Assembly: GCA_018817315.1 (NCBI GenBank)
Contig: JAHITV010000004.1
Span: 1-54,738 of the forward strand
Direction of reading: 5' to 3'
DNA: 54,738 bases
DNA from: Patescibacteria group bacterium
GTDB lineage: Bacteria > Patescibacteriota > Patescibacteriia > UBA1558 > UBA10009
Position 1 is the first letter of the stretch; each line of letters starts with the position of its first letter. Made by a program: the position numbers and the translations under genes. The notes under the pieces are model-generated. The model was not told where the DNA came from. It worked only from the letters and a program-made list of their open reading frames with translations, and made no database searches. This document shows, piece after piece, positions 21,220-28,672 of the stretch.

Positions 21220-21373
21220 GGTTGCTAAAATTTACCCAAACCCGTTAGTTTAGGACAGAAACCAATTTTTTAGTTTACAGTTTTTTAAGCTGATTTTTTT
21301 GTTGCTTTTTAAACTTGGACTGTTATAATACAGATTACTAAAATAACCTAATCATCTTATTAATCTATTTATT

Positions 21374-21946
21374 ATGATGAAAAAAGATTTTTTTTCTAAA
21401 ATCAAAAAAGATTTAGAGCTTTATCAAAAAGAACGCGGAGAAATTATTAATAAGTCGCGCTCAATTCTTCAGAATTCCAAAACAGCCATTTTTGCTTTGC
21501 ATCGTCAGGATATAAAACAGGCAACAAACAATCTAAAGCAGGCCGAAAAGTTACTGAAAGAATTAAACAAGACTTATAACAAAGGCAATCGTTTAAGATT
21601 TGAAGGCAGTTATAAAGCAGCTGTTGAAGAATATGTAGAAGCTAAGACTTTTAATCAGGTTCTTTTGGGCAAAGACCTTAATCAGTTAAACATTGAATCA
21701 ATTGGTCCAGAAGAATATATCAGCGGTTTGGCTGATTTAACTGGTGAATTAGTACGTCAAGCAGTTTTGCAAGCCACAGCCGGTAATTATAAAGTTCTGG
21801 GGAAATATAAACTTATCTGTGAGGAGATTACTGCCTTTTTATTAACTTTATATTTAAGCGGTCCTTGCCGACAGAAGTTTGATGAAGCTAAACGCAATCT
21901 TAAGCGTTTGGAGCAGATTATTTACGAAGTGAAATTAAGAGGATGA
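21374..21946 (+). CDS. Translin/TRAX (C3PO) family protein
   Basis: ERGEIINKSRSILQNSKTAIFALHR, VEEYVEA, EEYISGLADLTGELVRQAV; all-helical, 190 aa. Confidence 0.9.
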   Translation: MMKKDFFSKIKKDLELYQKERGEIINKSRSILQNSKTAIFALHRQDIKQATNNLKQAEKLLKELNKTYNKGNRLRFEGSYKAAVEEYVEAKTFNQVLLGKDLNQLNIESIGPEEYISGLADLTGELVRQAVLQATAGNYKVLGKYKLICEEITAFLLTLYLSGPCRQKFDEAKRNLKRLEQIIYEVKLRG

Positions 21947-21955
21947 ATTGACTTT

Positions 21956-21980
21956 CAGCTGATAGCCTAGCTATCAGCTG
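21956..21980. repeat. REP-like palindrome family A, copy 2
   Basis: CAGCTGATAGC-cta-GCTATCAGCTG. Confidence 0.85.
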
Positions 21981-21997
21981 CCAGTGTATGAGTATTT

Positions 21998-22132
21998 ATG
22001 AAAAAAAGAAGATTACCAAAATCAGTCAGGAAATATATTAGGAGTAATAAGGCGGAAATTCGCCGGACTTTTAGTAATGAAGAGGAAATTGAACAAAAAA
22101 TTGAGGAATTAATTTCAAAATTTATTAAATAA
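21998..22132 (+). CDS. Small basic hypothetical protein (44 aa), below the ORF-track size cutoff
   Basis: MKKRRLPKSVRKYIRSNKAEIRRTFSNEEEIEQKIEELISKFIK*; fills the gap between translin and the helicase. Confidence 0.7.
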   Translation: MKKRRLPKSVRKYIRSNKAEIRRTFSNEEEIEQKIEELISKFIK

Positions 22133-22156
22133 TCCAGGAAAATTTTTTAAGAAGAT

Positions 22157-24202
22157 ATGGCCAAAGTTTTTGTTTTAAAGCCGCAAGAAATTAAAAAAGA
22201 TTTGGAAGTTGATTATGCTAAAGAGTTAAATAAAGAACAGTATCAGGTCGCTACTACTGCCGAGGGGCCTTGTTTGGTTTTAGCCGGTGCCGGTAGCGGT
22301 AAGACCAGAACCATTGTTTTTCGGGTGGCATATTTAATAGAAAGAGGTGTAAGCCCAGAGAATATTTTATTGGTGACTTTCACTAATAAAGCTGCTAAAG
22401 AAATGCTTTCCAGGGTAGCTAAATTATTAGGCAAGCATCCTGAAAAATTATGGGGAGGCACTTTTCATCATATTGGCAACAGAATTTTAAGAAAATATGC
22501 TAAACTTTTAGGTTATCAGTCAAACTTTACTATTTTAGATGAAGAAGACAGTAAAGGTTTATTGAATATTTGTCTTCAAGAGATGAATATTGATGTTAAA
22601 CAACGCCGTTTTCCTTCAGCCGCTGTGTTAAAGGATTTAATCAGCTTTAGTAAAAATGCCAATCAAAAATTGATTGAAGTGTTGGAAATAAAGCATCCTC
22701 ATTGGCTTGAGCTTGAAGATAAGATCAGGGGAATTGCTCGTCTTTATGAAAGAAAGAAAAAGACCAACAACGCCATGGATTTTGATGACTTATTGGTTAA
22801 CTGGTTAAAATTATTAAAAGAAAATCCAACTGTCAAAGAGAGATTGGCAACTCAATTTCAATATATTTTAGTAGATGAATATCAGGACACTAATTATCTT
22901 CAGGCCAAAATCATCCGCGAACTTTCTTATATTCATCATAATGTTTTAGTGGTAGGCGATGATGCTCAAAGTATTTATTCTTTTCGGGCAGCTGATATTG
23001 ATAATATTTTAAATTTTCCCAAGACTTTTCCTCAAACCAGAATTTTTAAACTGGAAACCAATTATCGTTCTACTCCTCAAATTCTGAACGTTGCCAATGA
23101 AGTTATTAAGTATAATGTTAGACAATACCCTAAACTGCTGCAGCCGCAAGTTAATAGTTTTGTTAAACCTAATTTAGTCTCTTCAATTTCTCCTAGCCAG
23201 GAAGCAGAATTTGTTAGCCAGATGATTTTACAGCTTAGAGACGAAGGAGTTCCTTTAGATAAAATGGCAGTGCTTTTTCGGGCAACTTTTCATTCCCAGG
23301 AATTAGAGTTTGCCTTAACTCAAAAAGACATTCCTTATGAATACCGTGGCGGCTTAAGATTTTTTGAGCGGGCACACATTAAAGATGCCATTGCCTATTT
23401 AAGGGTTATTAATAACCCTAAAGATGAAGTAGCTTGGTTAAGAATTTTAAATCAGCAGCAAGGTATTGGCAATCAAACTGCTGTTCGAATTTTCCAACGT
23501 TTAAAAAATATTAATTGTATTGTTAAATGTTTTGACCAGGATTTTTCTGATATTTTAACCAGTAGATCAAAAGTCGGCTGGGACAGTTTAGTCAACATTT
23601 TTCTTAAAGATCTTAAAATTAGAACTTTAAAAGATTTAGCTGATTCTGCCGGTCTGATCAATGATTTAATAAAGTCAGATTACCAAAATTATCTGGAAGC
23701 AGTTTATTCTAACTGGCAGGAAAGATTGCAGGATTTAGAACAATTAGCCAGGTTTTCTGAAAGTTATAAGGATGTAAATTCATTTTTATCAGAAATTACT
23801 TTACAGGAAGTTTTTGCTGTAGAGCGAGCTAATCCTAATAATCAAGAAAAGGAAAGATTAGTGCTTTCCACTATTCATCAGGCCAAGGGTTTGGAATGGG
23901 AAGTGGTTTTTATTATTAACTTGGTTGATTCAGCTTTTCCTCATACTAAAGCTTTGGCAGAAGAAAACGGCTTAGAAGAGGAGCGCCGTTTGTTTTATGT
24001 AGCTATTACCAGAGCCAAAAAGCAGTTGTTTTTCAGTTATCCTTTAACTGACAGTTATGTCGGCAGATATTTAAATATTCCTTCTTCATTTTTACAGGAA
24101 ATTCCAGAGGAATTAATGGAAGAAGTAAAGCTGGTTGAAAATGGAATTAATGGTTTTAATCATTTAAATGACGGAGATATTCAATATTTACCGGAAGTTT
24201 AA
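22157..24202 (+). CDS. pcrA: UvrD/PcrA-family SF1 DNA helicase
   Basis: LAGAGSGKT, VTFTNKAA, GTFHH, VDEYQDTN, VGDDAQSIYSFR, NYRS, STIHQAKGLE, EERRLFYVAITRAK. May be a paralogue rather than the main PcrA. Confidence 0.9.
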   Translation: MAKVFVLKPQEIKKDLEVDYAKELNKEQYQVATTAEGPCLVLAGAGSGKTRTIVFRVAYLIERGVSPENILLVTFTNKAAKEMLSRVAKLLGKHPEKLWGGTFHHIGNRILRKYAKLLGYQSNFTILDEEDSKGLLNICLQEMNIDVKQRRFPSAAVLKDLISFSKNANQKLIEVLEIKHPHWLELEDKIRGIARLYERKKKTNNAMDFDDLLVNWLKLLKENPTVKERLATQFQYILVDEYQDTNYLQAKIIRELSYIHHNVLVVGDDAQSIYSFRAADIDNILNFPKTFPQTRIFKLETNYRSTPQILNVANEVIKYNVRQYPKLLQPQVNSFVKPNLVSSISPSQEAEFVSQMILQLRDEGVPLDKMAVLFRATFHSQELEFALTQKDIPYEYRGGLRFFERAHIKDAIAYLRVINNPKDEVAWLRILNQQQGIGNQTAVRIFQRLKNINCIVKCFDQDFSDILTSRSKVGWDSLVNIFLKDLKIRTLKDLADSAGLINDLIKSDYQNYLEAVYSNWQERLQDLEQLARFSESYKDVNSFLSEITLQEVFAVERANPNNQEKERLVLSTIHQAKGLEWEVVFIINLVDSAFPHTKALAEENGLEEERRLFYVAITRAKKQLFFSYPLTDSYVGRYLNIPSSFLQEIPEELMEEVKLVENGINGFNHLNDGDIQYLPEV

Positions 24203-24223
24203 ATAATTTAAAGAATAAAAATA

Positions 24224-24246
24224 CACCACCAAAATAATAGGTGGTG
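24224..24246. terminator. Stem-loop between convergent genes
   Basis: CACCACC-aaaataata-GGTGGTG with A/T-rich flanks. Confidence 0.55.
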
Positions 24247-24290
24247 CTTTGTAATAATTTTTGTGTGCCTTAAATATCAGCGGCGATCCG

Positions 24291-24689
24291 TCAAAATTCT
24301 TTTTTAACCAACTTTTGCATAGTTAATACACGACCTGCCAGGGTACCGCGTTCTGAAAGCCAGGCTTCAATTATTGTCGGATTCTTTCGGGCTAAGCGAA
24401 GATATCGTTTGACTGTGTTTTTGGAAAGACCATAAAGTCTTGCTGTTGCTCTGATGCCTCTGTTGTCCAATAAGCTTCGGTAAATGTCTTCAATGGTGTC
24501 CCAGTCAAAGCGGCTATCCCAGAAAGGAGTGCCTTTTAACTCACTGAAAGTTTTGTTGCAGGTTTTGCAGACAAGTAGGCGTACGTGTTTCTGTCCATAC
24601 TGGGCATACAAAGCAATGTTACCAGCATTAAGGCGGCTAAAATCCGGACAAGTAGGATTGAGGCAGGCAAAATTTTCAAATTCCGACAT
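24291..24689 (-). CDS. Stand-alone IS1 InsA-like zinc-ribbon + HTH protein (132 aa), no DDE domain
   Basis: CLNPTC..CKTCNKTFSELKGTPF..GIRATARLYGLSKNTVKRYL. Start moved to ATG 24689 because an SD (GAGGT) and a promoter at 24746-24773 lie inside the longer ORF call. Confidence 0.8.
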   Translation of the reverse strand: MSEFENFACLNPTCPDFSRLNAGNIALYAQYGQKHVRLLVCKTCNKTFSELKGTPFWDSRFDWDTIEDIYRSLLDNRGIRATARLYGLSKNTVKRYLRLARKNPTIIEAWLSERGTLAGRVLTMQKLVKKEF

Positions 24690-24745
24690 GGTAAACCTCA
24701 CGGTTAGGGTATTTTTGTTGAGTGTTTTTAAGGACAAGAAGTTGT

Positions 24746-24773
24746 ATTTTAGCAGATTATAAAAATTAGTCAA
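24746..24773 (-). promoter_or_regulatory. Promoter for the InsA-like gene
   Basis: Minus strand TTGACT-16-TAAAAT with TG extension. Confidence 0.6.
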
Positions 24774-24878
24774 CTCAGTTTTTCCTGTCAGTTTAGTCAA
24801 ATTAATAAATATGTATTTTTGTCATATTTTATGTTAAAATAGAAGAACTTATGTTTTTAGATTTACACTTTTTATATT

Positions 24879-25658
24879 ATGGAAGATAATAAATTGGTTT
24901 TGGATTTAGAGACAAAAAAAACTTTTGAAGAGGTAGGCGGGGATCATAATAAGGAGCAGTTAGGAGTTTCTTTGGTCGGGGTTTATTCTTATCAAAAAGA
25001 TCAGTTTAAATCTTTTCGCGAAGAGGAATTCAAAGAGTTGGGCGAGTGGCTAAAAAAAGCTTCTTTAATCATCGGCTTTAACAGTAAAAGTTTTGACTTT
25101 ACAGTTTTGCAGCCATATTTTAAATTTAAGTTAGCTAAACTTCCTCATCTGGATATTTTAGAGGAAATTTATCATGCTTTAGGCCATCGTTTAAAACTGG
25201 AAAGCGTGGTTCAATGCACTTTAGGTGAAGGCAAATCTGGTTCGGGTTTAGATGCTGTTTGGTATTATAAAAATAATGAATGGGAAAATTTGGAAAAATA
25301 TTGTTTAGATGATGTGAGGATTACTCGTGATTTATATGAATATGGCAAACAACACGGACATATTTGGTATGAAAAGATGGGTGATCGTGTTTCTATACCA
25401 GTACGTTGGGGTAATGGAACATCCATTAAAGATCAGGTATTAGATGCTTATAGAAACGGCGAACAGATTGAGATTGAATATTTAAAAGCAGGTTTTGAAG
25501 AGCGCAGTGTGAGAAAGATAGACATTAAAATTATTAAAAATAATCAGGTTCATGCTTTTTGCCATTTAAAGCAGACCAGCAGAATTTTTAACATTGATAA
25601 GATAATAACCGTTAAATCTTTGGGTAAGCAGGATAATTGGCAGTCAAAATTATTTTAA
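24879..25658 (+). CDS. RNase H-like (YprB/RNase_H_2, DEDD) exonuclease fused to a C-terminal WYL domain
   Basis: VLDLETK, IGFNSKSFDF, HLDIL, YCLDDV. C-terminal IEIEY..RKID..AFCHLKQTSRIFNIDKI matches the WYL pattern. Confidence 0.85.
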   Translation: MEDNKLVLDLETKKTFEEVGGDHNKEQLGVSLVGVYSYQKDQFKSFREEEFKELGEWLKKASLIIGFNSKSFDFTVLQPYFKFKLAKLPHLDILEEIYHALGHRLKLESVVQCTLGEGKSGSGLDAVWYYKNNEWENLEKYCLDDVRITRDLYEYGKQHGHIWYEKMGDRVSIPVRWGNGTSIKDQVLDAYRNGEQIEIEYLKAGFEERSVRKIDIKIIKNNQVHAFCHLKQTSRIFNIDKIITVKSLGKQDNWQSKLF

Positions 25659-25667
25659 TATTTTTTT

Positions 25668-26057
25668 ATGAAAGGCAAATTAGTCATTTTAATATTAATT
25701 TTTACGGTAATAATTGTTGGCGGCTGTGCCCCCTCTAATGATCAACAAAACAAGATAGATGTTTCCAAGTTGAATATGGATTTAGAAAGGCAGATTGCCT
25801 TGACTAAGGCGCAGATTTTATTTAATCAAGCCAAAGCAGATGATCTGGATATGTCACAGGGTCCTTGTCTTTCCAATGAGCTTTATGGTAATCCTGAATA
25901 TCCGGAAACAATGTGGGTTTTGGATATTGCCCATAATCCTCGCCAAGAAATTGATAATTTACCAGAAAATCAATGTAGTGCTTTTAGGGAAGGTAAAGCT
26001 AAACATTTTATTGAAATGGATACTGACGGAGAAATTATTAAAATTTATCAAGAATGA
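25668..26057 (+). CDS. Putative lipoprotein
   Basis: Signal peptide with lipobox IVGGC; motifs GPCLSN, WVLDIAHNPR, NQCSAF. Confidence 0.75.
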   Translation: MKGKLVILILIFTVIIVGGCAPSNDQQNKIDVSKLNMDLERQIALTKAQILFNQAKADDLDMSQGPCLSNELYGNPEYPETMWVLDIAHNPRQEIDNLPENQCSAFREGKAKHFIEMDTDGEIIKIYQE

Positions 26058-26365
26058 TTTTAATTTATACAGTTTGTAAAAATAAAACAGAAGCCAAAAA
26101 AATTGCCTTGATGCTTTTAAAATTAAAGTTGATTGCTTGTGCTAATTTTTGGCCGATTACCTCTGTTTATTCCTGGAAAAGTAAGATAGTTACTGGTAAA
26201 GAAATTGTTTTATTACTAAAAACCCGCAAGAATTATTATAAAAAAATAGAATCAGTTATAAAAAAAGTGCACAGTTATGAAGCGCCTTGTATCTTGAAGA
26301 TTGAGGTTGATAAAGCAGAAGGAGAATATTTACAATGGTTGTTCAAGGAAACAAAAATAATCTAA
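26054..26365 (+). CDS. cutA: Divalent-cation tolerance protein CutA
   Basis: EAKKIA..LIACAN..SVYSW, HSYEAPCI, YLQWL. Confidence 0.92.
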   Translation: MILIYTVCKNKTEAKKIALMLLKLKLIACANFWPITSVYSWKSKIVTGKEIVLLLKTRKNYYKKIESVIKKVHSYEAPCILKIEVDKAEGEYLQWLFKETKII

Positions 26366-26499
26366 AAACCTTTTGGTTCTACTATGTCATCCTGAGCGTA
26401 AGCAAAGGATCTGTTAACAAATGCTGTGTTTTACAGATTCTTCGTCGCTTTTGCTCCTCAGAATGACAATGAGAAGGTAATAGAACCAAAAGGTTTTTA
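26363..26499. repeat. 137-bp nested inverted-repeat element (MITE/REP-like) between convergent cutA and glyA
   Basis: Perfect 19-bp outer arms TAAAAACCTTTTGGTTCTA / TAGAACCAAAAGGTTTTTA; inner TGTCATCCTGAG..GGATCTGT..ACAGATTC..CTCAGAATGACA. Confidence 0.85.
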
Positions 26500-26506
26500 A
26501 TGTTGT

Positions 26507-27802
26507 CTAATTATATTCCAACTCTGGATATAGCGGATACTTTCCAGTCAGTTCTTTGACTGATTTTTTTATTTCCTGTTTAATTGTTTCACTTTCATGA
26601 TTTTTCAAAATTTTGGCAATCAGTTTTCCGATAATTTTCATTTCATCTTCTTTAAATCCTCGGGAAGTCAGAGCCGGTGTGCCTAATCTAATGCCAGAAG
26701 GATCATAAGGTTTTCTTTCATCAAAAGGAATAGTGTTTTTATTGGCGGTAATTCCGACTTCATTCAAAACAGTTTCCGCTTGTTTTCCGCCAATACCCAA
26801 GTTAGTCAATTTTACCAGCATCAAGTGATTATCAGTTCCGCCGGTAACCAATTCCAGCCCTTCATCAATTAAGTTTTGAGCCAGGGCTTTGGCGTTTTTT
26901 AAAATTTGTTCAGCATAGGTTTTAAATTCTGGTTTTAATGCTTCTTCCAAAGCCATAGCAATGGCGGCAGTGGTATGATTATGCGGTCCGCCTTGAAGAC
27001 CAGGGAAAACCGCTCGGTCAATCAAGGTAGGTAGGTTTTTTCTAGGATTTTCATTTTCAGAAAGAGGTTTTAAAGGATGGGATTCTTTACCGTTGCACAT
27101 AATCATAGCGCCTCTGGGTCCTCTTAAAGTTTTATGAGTCGTAGTAGTAATAATGTCAGCGTGTCCAACTGGCGAGGGAATGATTTTGGCGGCGATTAAG
27201 CCTGCTTCGTGAGCAATATCAGCAATAAAGTAAGCATCAACTGAATGGGCGATTTTTGCCAACAGGGGATAGTCATATAACCTTGGATAGGCGGTTGCTC
27301 CGCAAAAAATTACTTTGGGTCTGTGTTTTTTGGCTAAAGATTCAATTTGTTCATAATTCAACCAACCATCTTTTTTAGTGGTATATTGCACAGATTTATA
27401 ATAGCGCGCAGAAAAATTAACATTCCAGCCGTGAGTTAAATGTCCGCCGTAAAACAAATGCATGCCCATAATTGTTTCACCGGGATTGGCCACGGCAAAA
27501 ATCGCTGCTTGATTGGCTGGCGAACCAGAGTAGGGCTGGACATTAACATGATCAACGCTAAATAATTTTTTAGCTCTTTCTCTGGCTAAATTTTCAATTT
27601 CATCAATAAACTGATTACCGCCGTAATATCTTTGGCCAGGATAACCTTCGGAATATTTATTAGTACCAACACTACCCAAAGCATTAAGTACTGCTGGGGA
27701 AACAAAATTCTCCGAAGGGATCATTTCCAAAGTTTGACGTTGACGTTCTAGTTCTTTTTGTAAACTTTGGGCTAATTTTGGATCAGGGATGGATATTTGC
27801 AT
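26507..27802 (-). CDS. glyA: Serine hydroxymethyltransferase
   Basis: IPSENF, NKYSEGYPGQRYYGG, NVQPYSGS, TTTTHKTLRGPRG, FPGLQGGP, SGIRLGTP. Confidence 0.98.
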   Translation of the reverse strand: MQISIPDPKLAQSLQKELERQRQTLEMIPSENFVSPAVLNALGSVGTNKYSEGYPGQRYYGGNQFIDEIENLARERAKKLFSVDHVNVQPYSGSPANQAAIFAVANPGETIMGMHLFYGGHLTHGWNVNFSARYYKSVQYTTKKDGWLNYEQIESLAKKHRPKVIFCGATAYPRLYDYPLLAKIAHSVDAYFIADIAHEAGLIAAKIIPSPVGHADIITTTTHKTLRGPRGAMIMCNGKESHPLKPLSENENPRKNLPTLIDRAVFPGLQGGPHNHTTAAIAMALEEALKPEFKTYAEQILKNAKALAQNLIDEGLELVTGGTDNHLMLVKLTNLGIGGKQAETVLNEVGITANKNTIPFDERKPYDPSGIRLGTPALTSRGFKEDEMKIIGKLIAKILKNHESETIKQEIKKSVKELTGKYPLYPELEYN

Positions 27803-27811
27803 AAATTGTAA

Positions 27812-28669
27812 TTAATGTTTAATATCATCGACCATTATTTCGGCTGATTCTGATTCACCGCTTAGTTTTTTCAATAAACTGATTTTAATTTGTTGATTTT
27901 CTGTTTCATCAGCTTTGATTGGTGATATTTCCAATACTTGTCCTTTTTTCAAATTTTCCTTAGTGTTAAGAGTTTGTTTCATGAACCTAGCAGGTAATTC
28001 TTCATGAGTTAAAGCGATAATACGCAATCTTTTGCCTTTTAACAAAGCCATAGTTTCGGCACTGAACCAATTTTGGATGTTTGACATGTGTCTGACAAAA
28101 TTATTAAATCTTTGGTCTATATCATCATAACCTTCTGTACAAAATTCACTGATGGTTTGTCCATAAACTTCATTTACTATTTGGGTATGTGCAACTTCAG
28201 TTGGCAGTTTAGCAAAATCAGGGTCATCTTCTATATATCGCTGATGATGTTCAACCCATTCATCATGTGGAACATCTCTAAACTTTATTTGCCTCAAACT
28301 TTGCGTTTTAAAGATTTTTTCGGAATTAAGGATTGTTACCCCGTTTTCACGCAGATATTTTTCAATCAGGAAAATTGATGATTGCGCCCTGAAATTTGGA
28401 CTAGTAGTCAAGATTACAACTTCATTCTGTTTATCTATTCTTTGTTCTATTTGTTGAGCGGCTTCTAAGATTTCCTTGATACCTTCTTTGGTTAAATCCA
28501 AATGTTCAGCATTAAGTTTAAAATCAGGCGAATCAGGATTAAATTCAAAATCAGAGTTTGTTAGTTCTTTATAATCAGTCGAGCCGTGTCGGACAATATC
28601 AATAATCGGAGTTTTTAAGTTTGGTTCTGTTTCTCTGGTCTCGGTTTGGGTTGATTCTCTTTCTTTCAT
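27812..28669 (-). CDS. Histidine phosphatase superfamily protein
   Basis: IDIVRHGST (RHG), TSPNFRAQSS, ALTHEE. Confidence 0.75.
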   Translation of the reverse strand: MKERESTQTETRETEPNLKTPIIDIVRHGSTDYKELTNSDFEFNPDSPDFKLNAEHLDLTKEGIKEILEAAQQIEQRIDKQNEVVILTTSPNFRAQSSIFLIEKYLRENGVTILNSEKIFKTQSLRQIKFRDVPHDEWVEHHQRYIEDDPDFAKLPTEVAHTQIVNEVYGQTISEFCTEGYDDIDQRFNNFVRHMSNIQNWFSAETMALLKGKRLRIIALTHEELPARFMKQTLNTKENLKKGQVLEISPIKADETENQQIKISLLKKLSGESESAEIMVDDIKH

Positions 28670-28672
28670 AAA

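Noticed and set aside
21238-21250. AAACCCGTTAG, resembling the end of the 29610 element
   Set aside because: Partial match with no partner inverted end nearby.
24690-24800. N-terminal extension of the InsA-like ORF
   Set aside because: It contains the promoter and SD for ATG 24689.
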